Positions 39,264-46,363 are shown, counted from the first letter of the stretch. The stretch is 64,000 nt of DNA from a virus (IMGVR_UViG_3300044824_000082:4652-68651); one strand, 5' to 3'. Made by a program: numbers and translations. The notes: generated by a model from the letters alone, not told the origin.

Positions 39264-39857
39264 ATGCCAAAGGGAGTTTACGTTCGTTCACCAGAATACT
39301 TGGCAGCTTTGAATGAAGCATTTCGCAAGCGCAGCTTGAATCCAGAGTGGCAAGAACAGCATAGGAAACAAGTAGACGCATTGAACGCCTCGCCAGAACA
39401 TCGCGAACATCTTAGAAGGATTCACGCCGACCCGGCCATACGAGAGAAGATGGGTGGGCGTGGGAAGGTGGGAGGGGCTATTGTTGGACGGAGAAACGTT
39501 GAGACGGGATTTTTGGACAAGATTCGGCCTCAAGCTGTAGTAGCGTCCAGAAGGGGATTGAAACCCACAGAGCCAGAAAAGATTGTCAGAGACAAGCTGG
39601 GCGCATCGTGGCGGTACACGGGTGATAACTCGTTCGCTATCGTTACCAAGCGGCATACAAGGTATCCAGATTTTGTCAACGAAAAGGAGCGTAAGTGTAT
39701 TGAAGTCTTTGGTAATTACTGGCACAGTAGAAAGTGGTTTCCAGAACGTGAAGCACCAGAGGACAAGATAGCCGAATACGCGGAAGTTGGTTGGCAGTGC
39801 GAAGTCGTTTGGGAGAAGGACGTTAAGAAATGGCTTCCAGCAAACTGTTCGGAATGA
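39264..39857 (+). CDS. PD-(D/E)xK (Vsr-like) homing-type endonuclease
   Basis: MPKGVYVRSPE; PTEPE..YPDF..IEVFGNYWH..VVWE; paralogue of 22899. Confidence 0.8.
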   Translation: MPKGVYVRSPEYLAALNEAFRKRSLNPEWQEQHRKQVDALNASPEHREHLRRIHADPAIREKMGGRGKVGGAIVGRRNVETGFLDKIRPQAVVASRRGLKPTEPEKIVRDKLGASWRYTGDNSFAIVTKRHTRYPDFVNEKERKCIEVFGNYWHSRKWFPEREAPEDKIAEYAEVGWQCEVVWEKDVKKWLPANCSE

Positions 39858-39860
39858 ACC

Positions 39861-40874
39861 ATGCAAACAGACGAGTTGAGAAAGATAGTAGAGGTGCTGC
39901 GCGGTATGGAAGGAGACGGCACTACGTTAGTGTCGTACCTTGTAATGCCGAAGCGTTCCATAGCCGACGCCCGTGCCCGATTGGCGCGGGAAGTCGTAGA
40001 AGCCGAGAACATCAAGCTTCACAGCACACGACACGCTGTCGTAGCCTCGCTAACCAAGGCCCTGACAGCGGCCCGAGGCATGTCAGAAACCCCCGAGAAC
40101 GGTGTCGCGCTTTACGCCTCACCCACGGATACATGGCTCATCGAGCCACCCGAACCGATTCAGGCGAACGTGTATCGGTGCGGGAGCGAGTTCGTCTTGG
40201 AGCCGTTGGAGGCGATGCTGGCCTCGAAGGAGGTGTTCGCGTTGATAGTGATAGACAGGCAGGAGGCCACGTTGGGTTGGTTGCGGGGCAGTGCCATCGA
40301 AGAGGTGGCCTATTTCGAGTCCCGCGTGATGGGCAAGCACGATGCGGGCGGGCAATCGCAGCACCGCTTCGAGCGGCAAATAGAGCATCAGGCACACGAG
40401 TTCTTTGTGAAGGTGGCGGAGGCGGCAACGCAGGCTTTCGTGGACAAGAAGCTCACAGCCGTGGCAGTGGGAGGCCCGGGAGCCACGAAGGAGTTCTTTG
40501 TGAAGGAAGGGTATCTGGACTACAGACTGCAAGAAAAGGTGCTCCCTGCGTTTAATGTGGGGTACACGAACGAGGCGGGTTTGCGGGAACTGGCGCTAAA
40601 AGTAGAGGCACATCTGCCTGCGTTGGTGAGCGCCAAAGAGCGGGTGCTCCTGCAAGGGTTCTTTGCGGCGATTCGGGACGGCCGTGCAGCGTACGGCAAG
40701 GAACAGATTGCCCGGGCGATTGCGGAAGGGCGGGTAGAGAGTTTGATTCTGTCGCACGGGGTTCCGGTGCCAGCGGGATACAGTGGAGAGGTTCAGCGAG
40801 TCGGAGAGGCCGGGGACGAGGCGGCGGCGTTCAAGAAAGGCTTCGGTGGAATCGGCGCTTTGTTACGGTACTAA
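39861..40874 (+). CDS. prf1: archaeal-type class-1 peptide chain release factor (aRF1/eRF1)
   Basis: GTT (GTS loop), NIKL, PENG, YRCGSEF (YxCxxxF), KHDAGGQSQHRFER (GGQ), GGPG, FGGIGALLRY. Confidence 0.95.
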   Translation: MQTDELRKIVEVLRGMEGDGTTLVSYLVMPKRSIADARARLAREVVEAENIKLHSTRHAVVASLTKALTAARGMSETPENGVALYASPTDTWLIEPPEPIQANVYRCGSEFVLEPLEAMLASKEVFALIVIDRQEATLGWLRGSAIEEVAYFESRVMGKHDAGGQSQHRFERQIEHQAHEFFVKVAEAATQAFVDKKLTAVAVGGPGATKEFFVKEGYLDYRLQEKVLPAFNVGYTNEAGLRELALKVEAHLPALVSAKERVLLQGFFAAIRDGRAAYGKEQIARAIAEGRVESLILSHGVPVPAGYSGEVQRVGEAGDEAAAFKKGFGGIGALLRY

Positions 40875-40912
40875 GCAAAAGCCTTTTAAACTCCGTGGTC
40901 AATCCACCGGCG

Positions 40913-41677
40913 ATGAAGGTGTATCACGCACTTATCGCGTACATGCCGGCGCGGCACGAAACGGCGGAGAACGTAACGAGGGAAGCGGTAGCGGGAGCCG
41001 TAGCGTTGGGCTATCCGTTGGTGATTTGGCACGCGGGAAACAAGCCGACGCCCGGGCCACTGTGTTCTGAAATTCATCCGATTCTGGACCCCGGCGAGGG
41101 GCACGGTGAGATAGTGGACTACGAGAACGGAAATCTGAGCGATAACTGGTTGAAGGCGTGGGACGACTTGTTCTTGGCGGGCGCGGATTGGGTGCTGTGG
41201 ACGAGCAACGACGTCGTGTGGACGAAGGAAGCGCGGGCGGACTTGGACAAGATTGCCGAGGAAGGAAACCACATGACGGTGTACGAGCAGGCGCCGTTCA
41301 TTTGGAGCATGTTCCACAGAGAGTTGTGGGAGAAGGTGCGGGAGCACTGGGACGTGGTATGGGAGCCCAGTATGAACGACGACTCGAATTTCCTGGCAAC
41401 GGTGTTGTGGCAGGGTGGAGCCATCGACTACAATCCGTTGCGGCACCAAGTAAGGCACATCGGGCGGTTGGTGGAAACAACGTACTGTTCCACGGGCAAG
41501 CCCAAGCAGGAAAAGGACGCAGCCATCTATTCGAACAATACGAAGTTCAAGCAACGCTGGGGAATTTCGCCGTATGAGTGGCCTGTTCCCGGCCGCGTAG
41601 AAAGGCGCGAACCGCTGGACGTTCCGCCTCCGCCGCCCCCGGCCAAGCGGGTAAGTCATTTGGTGGGGCAACCATAA
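40913..41677 (+). CDS. putative GT-A fold glycosyltransferase
   Basis: NLSDNW..ADWVLWTSNDVVW, MFHRELWEKV, DDSNF, KFKQRWG resemble GT2 motifs. Confidence 0.5.
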   Translation: MKVYHALIAYMPARHETAENVTREAVAGAVALGYPLVIWHAGNKPTPGPLCSEIHPILDPGEGHGEIVDYENGNLSDNWLKAWDDLFLAGADWVLWTSNDVVWTKEARADLDKIAEEGNHMTVYEQAPFIWSMFHRELWEKVREHWDVVWEPSMNDDSNFLATVLWQGGAIDYNPLRHQVRHIGRLVETTYCSTGKPKQEKDAAIYSNNTKFKQRWGISPYEWPVPGRVERREPLDVPPPPPPAKRVSHLVGQP

Positions 41678-41710
41678 ACTTAAAATAGGCTCGAATACTT
41701 AGGGGAAGCG

Positions 41711-41929
41711 ATGAGTCATTGGGATGCCAAGCGTGACGTGATTGTACTCGATACGAGTTGCTTGGCGGATGGGTGCGAAAAGCCCATTGTGCACACGGCG
41801 GACACGCAGCCGGATTTGTGGTGCCAGGACCACTTGAATCACTTTCGAGAGAAGGCAAAGTGGTTGTCGGGGGCACGGGAGTACTACGAGAAGATGAAGC
41901 CGAAAGAGACGATGAAGGACTTGCGATGA
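41711..41929 (+). CDS. small Zn-binding protein
   Basis: CLADGC..WCQDH; CTTAAAATA box upstream. Confidence 0.55.
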   Translation: MSHWDAKRDVIVLDTSCLADGCEKPIVHTADTQPDLWCQDHLNHFREKAKWLSGAREYYEKMKPKETMKDLR

Positions 41930-42133
41930 TGGCGGCGAGAGGGGGCTCACCATGAAACGATGTAATAGTCGTTTAGGTGAGTCGAATGAGCGGAGCGAAC
42001 AGGCATCGGCGGGTTTGGTGCGAAGAGAAGCGGCGACTGGTTAAGTACCGAGTAGGAAAGCCACACGGAAAGGATGGGAAAATCAATGTCCCGAACTCCT
42101 GTCGGCGGGGGCACAAGACAAAGCAAGTGTAAA

Positions 42134-42216
42134 GGCCCGGTGGGTCAGTCAGGAACGCCGCCGCGCTCAAGACGCGGTGTAGTAGTACAGCGCCGGTTCA
42201 AATCCGGCCCGGGCCA
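42134..42216 (+). tRNA. tRNA-Leu(CAA)
   Basis: cloverleaf; CCGCG-CT CAA GA-CGCGG; long variable arm; GTTCAAATC. Confidence 0.9.
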
Positions 42217-42330
42217 CTGTCGTATGGTATTGAACAGTGGGGTGCCCGAGCCAGTGTGCCAGCAGAGTGCATATCGTGAGTGGTATGACAGGGATAATGC
42301 AAGGATGGAGCGGAGGTATGGGCGATATAC

Positions 42331-42406
42331 GGGCCTGTAGTGGCAAATTTGGAAGAACGCCTGTTTCGCAAACAGGGGGTTCCGGGTTCGAATCCCGGCG
42401 GGTCCA
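42331..42406 (+). tRNA. tRNA-Ala(CGC)
   Basis: CCTGT-TT CGC AA-ACAGG; G3.U70. Confidence 0.93.
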
Positions 42407-42550
42407 TTCATTGGTGAAGGAAATGGGCGAAATCGTGCGGAATTGGAATCCAGAAAACAAGTCGTACGATGAGATGGCTCCGTGGGAGAAGGTGGAGAAC
42501 AACGTTTGGGCGGCTCGGTATGAACGGTTGTGTTTGAGGTTGATAGATGC

Positions 42551-42623
42551 GGGCTCGTAGTGGCAATGGAAGAACACTTCGTTGGCATCGAGGAGGTTGC
42601 GAGTTCGATTCTCGCCGGGTCCA
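42551..42623 (+). tRNA. tRNA-Ala(GGC)
   Basis: CTTCG-TT GGC AT-CGAGG; G3.U70. Confidence 0.92.
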
Positions 42624-42624
42624 T

Positions 42625-42697
42625 GACAGGGAAGCGCTCCGGGATGTGTTCGGGGTTCATACCCCCGAGGTTGGAGGTTCGACTCCTCCCTCTGTCA
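42625..42697 (+). tRNA. tRNA-Met(CAT), initiator-like anticodon stem
   Basis: CGGGG-TT CAT AC-CCCCG with consecutive G-C pairs; A8/U14. Confidence 0.85.
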
Positions 42698-42775
42698 TTT
42701 CATGGTTCACCCGCGATGAAGACGCCCCGATGTACACGGGTGCGGTGCGTGACTTTGTGGAACGGGTGGGCACAT

Positions 42776-42849
42776 GCTCCATTGGGGTAAATTGGGAAGC
42801 CTCGCAGGTTCTCGCCCTGTGGATGTGGGTTCGAATCCCGCATGGAGCA
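42776..42849 (+). tRNA. tRNA-Glu(CTC)
   Basis: GCAGG-TT CTC GC-CCTGT; acceptor GCTCCAT/ATGGAGC. Confidence 0.92.
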
Positions 42850-42853
42850 CCTT

Positions 42854-42926
42854 GCCCGCGCAGTCCGTACGGAACGGATTCTGCCCTGTCACGGCGGAGG
42901 AGTGGGTTCAATTCCCACCGTGGGCG
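42854..42926 (+). tRNA. tRNA-Asp(GTC)
   Basis: CTGCC-CT GTC AC-GGCGG; C8/G14; G73. Confidence 0.9.
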
Positions 42927-42931
42927 TCCGT

Positions 42932-43006
42932 GGGTTCGTGGCGCAAATAGGATAGCGCAAGGGCCTCTTAAGCCCGAGGTTGTGGGTTCAAGTCCCACCG
43001 AGCCCG
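42932..43006 (+). tRNA. tRNA-Lys(CTT)
   Basis: AGGGC-CT CTT AA-GCCCG. Confidence 0.92.
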
Positions 43007-43008
43007 TT

Positions 43009-43083
43009 GGGCTTGTGACTCAGCTTGGACACAGTGCCGCCCCGCGAAGGCGGAAGTCGAGGGTTCAAATCCCTCCAAGCCCG
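43009..43083 (+). tRNA. tRNA-Arg(GCG), C33
   Basis: CCGCC-CC GCG AA-GGCGG. Confidence 0.88.
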
Positions 43084-43084
43084 T

Positions 43085-43158
43085 GCGCTCGTAGCTTAAA
43101 CGGAGAGAGTGCCCGCCTCCTAAGCGGGGCGATACGAGTTCGATTCTCGTCGAGCGCG
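43085..43158 (+). tRNA. tRNA-Arg(CCT)
   Basis: CCCGC-CT CCT AA-GCGGG. Confidence 0.92.
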
Positions 43159-43159
43159 T

Positions 43160-43236
43160 GCACCTGTCGCCTAACTCGGATATGGCGCCACGCTTCGAAC
43201 GTGGAACGATTGCGGGTTCGAATCCCGTCAGGTGCG
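43160..43236 (+). tRNA. tRNA-Arg(TCG)
   Basis: CCACG-CT TCG AA-CGTGG. Confidence 0.92.
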
Positions 43237-43241
43237 TGTAT

Positions 43242-43323
43242 GGCGGAGTGGCTCAGTGTTGACGGCGCGGGCCTTAGAAGTCCGTACGAGGAAACAACGC
43301 AGGTTCAAATCCTGCCTCCGCTA
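43242..43323 (+). tRNA. tRNA-Leu(TAG)
   Basis: CGGGC-CT TAG AA-GTCCG; extended variable region. Confidence 0.85.
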
Positions 43324-43324
43324 C

Positions 43325-43396
43325 AGCCCGATAGTGTAGTGGCGCGCATGGGAACCCTACAAGTTCTCGGTGGGAGTTCAATTCTCTCTCGGGCTA
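43325..43396 (+). tRNA. tRNA-Val(TAC), C33
   Basis: GGAAC-CC TAC AA-GTTCT; acceptor AGCCCGA/TCGGGCT. Confidence 0.82.
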
Positions 43397-43398
43397 TT

Positions 43399-43471
43399 CC
43401 TCACGTAGTTCAATCGGTAGAACACCGGCCCGTAGAGCCGGGTGTTGCTGGTTCAAATCCGGCCGTGGGGA
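43399..43471 (+). tRNA. tRNA-Tyr(GTA), C33
   Basis: CCGGC-CC GTA GA-GCCGG; C1-G72 and short variable loop (archaeal/eukaryal Tyr identity). Confidence 0.9.
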
Positions 43472-43472
43472 C

Positions 43473-43543
43473 GCGTCCATCAGTCAGTGGTAGGCTCCCG
43501 CATCGCCAGTGCGGTGACTCGGGTTCGATTCCCGGTGGGCGCA
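43473..43543 (+). tRNA. tRNA-Gly(GCC), C33
   Basis: CCGCA-TC GCC AG-TGCGG; GCG acceptor start; A73. Confidence 0.9.
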
Positions 43544-43544
43544 T

Positions 43545-43712
43545 ATGAACGAGGAAGAGAGAACGAAATTAGAAGAGGAGTTCCCGATTGTAGACTGTAA
43601 AGGGTGCGGGCATTGTACATGTGCCCATGAACACAGTACAGGAAAATGTCATCTGGTTTGGTGGGACATGAAAGACATGTTAAGGTGTGACTGTCAGGAA
43701 TTCGTTCTATGA
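43545..43712 (+). CDS. small Zn-finger protein inside the tRNA array (not in ORF track)
   Basis: MNEEERTKLEEEFPIVDCKGCGHCTCAHEH..KC..CDCQEFVL; same module as 1584. Confidence 0.55.
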   Translation: MNEEERTKLEEEFPIVDCKGCGHCTCAHEHSTGKCHLVWWDMKDMLRCDCQEFVL

Positions 43713-43715
43713 AGC

Positions 43716-43787
43716 GCGTCCAAGGTGTTGACAGTGACATATCGGGCCTCCAACCCGAAGTACGGGGCGCACGTCCCCGTGGGCGCA
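43716..43787 (+). tRNA. tRNA-Gly(TCC), C33, non-canonical T-loop
   Basis: TCGGG-CC TCC AA-CCCGA; T-arm CGGGG-CGCACGT-CCCCG. Confidence 0.8.
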
Positions 43788-43790
43788 TAT

Positions 43791-43865
43791 GCCACCGTAG
43801 CGAAGTCCAGACATCGCGCCCGCCTCGTAAGCGGGAGTTCGCCGGAGCGAAGCCGGCCGGTGGCT
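43791..43865 (+). tRNA. tRNA-Thr(CGT), non-canonical T-loop
   Basis: CCCGC-CT CGT AA-GCGGG; T-loop AGCGAAG; U73. Confidence 0.85.
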
Positions 43866-43869
43866 TTAT

Positions 43870-43955
43870 GGACGGGTGGCCCAATCAGGAAAGGCGTCCG
43901 CCTCGAAAGCGGATTCTCAGCGATGAGAGTGGGGGTTCAAATCCCCTCCCGTCCG
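43870..43955 (+). tRNA. tRNA-Ser(CGA)
   Basis: TCCGC-CT CGA AA-GCGGA; long variable arm; G73. Confidence 0.92.
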
Positions 43956-43958
43956 TTC

Positions 43959-44030
43959 GCCGGCTTAGCCTAACAGGAGGGCGCCACCCTGAAGAGGTGG
44001 AGATTGGCGGTGCAAGTCCGCCAGCCGGCA
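43959..44030 (+). tRNA. tRNA-Phe(GAA)
   Basis: CCACC-CT GAA GA-GGTGG; T-loop TGCAAGT. Confidence 0.88.
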
Positions 44031-44032
44031 TT

Positions 44033-44105
44033 GGGCGTGGAGCTAATCAGCAGAAGCGCGTGTCTGATACACACGAAGTAGGAGGGGCGGCACCTCCCGC
44101 GCCCA
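44033..44105 (+). tRNA. tRNA-Ile(GAT), non-canonical T-loop
   Basis: CGTGT-CT GAT AC-ACACG; T-loop GGCGGCA; G8. Confidence 0.82.
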
Positions 44106-44108
44106 TGT

Positions 44109-44180
44109 GCCGAGGTAGCTCAGTAGCAGAGCACTCGACTGTTAATCGAGTACGCGAAGGTGCAAGTCCTTCTCTCGGCG
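44109..44180 (+). tRNA. tRNA-Asn(GTT)
   Basis: CTCGA-CT GTT AA-TCGAG; T-loop TGCAAGT; G73. Confidence 0.9.
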
Positions 44181-44181
44181 T

Positions 44182-44267
44182 GGAGGGATGGCCCAGTTGG
44201 CTACGGCGCGGGTTTGCTAAGCCCGTTTCGCGGAAGCGATTCGCCGGTTCGAATCCGGCTCCCTCCG
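44182..44267 (+). tRNA. tRNA-Ser(GCT)
   Basis: CGGGT-TT GCT AA-GCCCG; long variable arm. Confidence 0.92.
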
Positions 44268-44268
44268 T

Positions 44269-44339
44269 GTCGTCCGGGCAGGACAGCCATGCGGGGGCCC
44301 GCAGAGCCTCAGAACCCGGTGCAACTCCGGGGGACGACT
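44269..44339 (+). tRNA. tRNA-Cys(GCA), C33
   Basis: GGGGC-CC GCA GA-GCCTC; U73; T-loop TGCAACT; G8. Confidence 0.82.
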
Positions 44340-44530
44340 TGTGCCCAAAGTGCGGACACGTTCATTCGTTCTTGTCAGGGAAGTGTAACACTGTCTTGGA
44401 TAGATGGTTTGAGTGTGGGTGTCAAGGATGACGACGGACACGATAGTGACGGTAGTGGTGATTGGGATTCTTGCGGCGTGGATTACGTTCGTGATTCGTT
44501 ACTGGTCTAAGTTCATGGAGTGGTTGGAAT

Positions 44531-44905
44531 ATGAAGCTCCCGATTAAGGAACACAAAAGCAAGCACCCTGCGAGTGATGTCAAGACGGCGTCACTGATGG
44601 CCTTCGTGGTGCGGCGGGGGAAGGTAGTGACGGTGGGTTACAATCGAAGGGTGTTTCCGAACGGAGAGGCGTTCTCCCAGCACGCGGAGGAAGCGGCGCT
44701 CAAGAAGGCGGGAAGTCGGGCGAAGGGAGCCACGCTGTACGTGCTTCGGTTCAAGAAGGACGGTAGCCGTGGGATGGCGCGTCCCTGTGGACGGTGCCAC
44801 GACACGTTGAATCGGGCGGGAATCGTGCGGGTGTTCTTTTCGCTGGACAACGTGGACAGGTGGGGAAAGTTGATATGGCAGAACGCACAATGGATAGAGG
44901 TATAG
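44531..44905 (+). CDS. Zn-dependent cytidine/dCMP/tRNA deaminase-superfamily protein inside the tRNA array
   Basis: GYN, HAEEAAL (HxE), ATLYV, ARPCGRC (PCxxC); stop codon overlaps tRNA-Gln. Confidence 0.9.
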   Translation: MKLPIKEHKSKHPASDVKTASLMAFVVRRGKVVTVGYNRRVFPNGEAFSQHAEEAALKKAGSRAKGATLYVLRFKKDGSRGMARPCGRCHDTLNRAGIVRVFFSLDNVDRWGKLIWQNAQWIEV

Positions 44906-44977
44906 CGCCGTGGAGTAGCTGGACAAGCCCACCCGGCTCTGACCCGGGAGACAGAGGTTCGAATCCTCTCGGCGCTA
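44904..44977 (+). tRNA. tRNA-Gln(CTG)
   Basis: CCCGG-CT CTG AC-CCGGG; A1-U72 (archaeal Gln identity). Confidence 0.92.
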
Positions 44978-44984
44978 TCCTTAC

Positions 44985-45059
44985 GGGCGTGTCGTCTAAT
45001 CTGGTTCAGGATAGCTGGCCCCAGACCAGCAGATGTCGGTTCAAATCCGGCCTCGCCCA
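44985..45059 (+). tRNA. tRNA-Trp(CCA), C33
   Basis: GCTGG-CC CCA GA-CCAGC; one acceptor mismatch. Confidence 0.82.
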
Positions 45060-45061
45060 TC

Positions 45062-45136
45062 GGGCGTGTCGCCTATTGGGATGGCACCTGTCTTATAAGC
45101 TGGACAAAGGAGCGAGTTCGATTCTCGTCACGCCCA
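45062..45136 (+). tRNA. tRNA-Ile(TAT)
   Basis: CCTGT-CT TAT AA-GCTGG (one U.U mismatch); acceptor GGGCGTG as in Ile(GAT); 8-nt variable region. Confidence 0.75.
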
Positions 45137-45140
45137 TTGT

Positions 45141-45213
45141 GGGGCTGTGGTGTAACTTGGAAGCATCCGGCGCTCGGAACGCCGAGGTACAGGTTCAAAT
45201 CCTGACAGTCCCA
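45141..45213 (+). tRNA. tRNA-Pro(CGG)
   Basis: CGGCG-CT CGG AA-CGCCG; GGGGC acceptor start. Confidence 0.9.
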
Positions 45214-45547
45214 TTATGAGCGAACTGAAGTGGAGGACGTGTCAGAAGTGCGGCGAGGAACACGTCTTTTCCAGTGAATTGAGATGCGTGAGTTGTCGAG
45301 CGGCGCCCTTGCTCAAGCGGCTCAAGGAACTCGGGTGGGAGAACGGTGTGATTTACGTGGACGGGCTTCCGGTTGGGAAGAAGGCTTAAATAGAAGTGGA
45401 GATGTGATGAGGAGAATGAGTGTGTGTCCGGTTTGCGCGAGGCCAAGTCAAGAGAAAGTTCTGAGCGAGCCTGCAATGGTGCAGCTTTCTTGTGGTCATG
45501 TAGTGCACGAAGGAAAGGTTAAGTAGTCGTGCGGTGATTTGAAAAGC

Positions 45548-46363
45548 ATGGTGGGGAAGTTTAGGCTCGGCAAGAAGGTTCCACGACACGACCCTCGGAC
45601 GTTAAGGTTTGCGAAGTACACGGCGGCACTGGCGGCGCCTCCGGCGCAGGAATATTGGTACAAGGCGGTGCCTTCGTTTGGGATGGACGGTAACGACACG
45701 TACGGCGATTGTACCATTGCGGGCGCGGCGCACCTGATGGAGAATTGGAGTTACAATGAGACGCCACCGAGCCCGGTGGTTCTCTCAACCAACGATTGTG
45801 TGAACGATTACTTGGCATTGACGGGCGGGGCCGACAATGGGTTGGACCTCTTGACAGTGTTGCAAGCGTGGCAAGGCAACGGACTGGCATACGGGACGAG
45901 TGGTAGTCAGTCGTGCTTGCAGAAGTTCTTTCACTGTAAGGTGAGTGGGACGGGGGACGACAAGATTATGGCATACGCGGCGCTCAAGGCGGGCAACGCG
46001 CTTGAGGCACAGCAAGCGGTATGGTTGTTTGGTGGGGCGTACATCGGGTTGGAGTTGCCCGACTTTGCGGTGACGGGAGACATGCTGGCAACCCCGTGGG
46101 TGGTTCCTCCGGGCGGGGCGGTAGGTAACGCGGCGCCGAACCCGAACAATGGGCATTGTGTTTGTATCGTGGGATACGATGCGGCTCAGTTGTATGTAGC
46201 GACTTGGGGAACCGTGAAGACAATGGGATACGATTTCCTGTTGGCGTACAGCGATGAGGGCTACGGGATAATCTCGCCTGACTGGATGGGGACGAGCAAT
46301 ATGGCTCCTTCGGGATTTGATTTGTCGCAGTTGCAAGCGGACCTTGCGGTGGTGACGGGGTAA
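45548..46363 (+). CDS. papain-like (clan CA) cysteine peptidase
   Basis: GNDTYGDCTIAGAAH, NGHCVCIVGYD, VATWG; AAAGGTTAAGTAG promoter. Confidence 0.8.
   Translation: MVGKFRLGKKVPRHDPRTLRFAKYTAALAAPPAQEYWYKAVPSFGMDGNDTYGDCTIAGAAHLMENWSYNETPPSPVVLSTNDCVNDYLALTGGADNGLDLLTVLQAWQGNGLAYGTSGSQSCLQKFFHCKVSGTGDDKIMAYAALKAGNALEAQQAVWLFGGAYIGLELPDFAVTGDMLATPWVVPPGGAVGNAAPNPNNGHCVCIVGYDAAQLYVATWGTVKTMGYDFLLAYSDEGYGIISPDWMGTSNMAPSGFDLSQLQADLAVVTG

Noticed and set aside
42655-42665. Possible opal suppressor (TCA) reading of the GGTTCATACC loop
   Set aside because: The best 5-bp stem CGGGG/CCCCG centres CAT in a 7-nt loop with U33, so it is Met
42700-42775. Candidate tRNA-His (TT GTG GA) in the gap between Met and Glu
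   Set aside because: No anticodon stem or T-arm can be formed; only a loose terminal helix
43355-43365. Possible amber suppressor (CTA) in ACCCTACAAG
   Set aside because: Stem GGAAC/GTTCT places TAC, not CTA, at positions 34-36; TAG is also used as a normal stop in many genes
42547-44431. ORFs of 333 aa and 240 aa across the tRNA array
   Set aside because: They overlap tandem tRNA cloverleaves, and their translations are typical tRNA read-through artefacts
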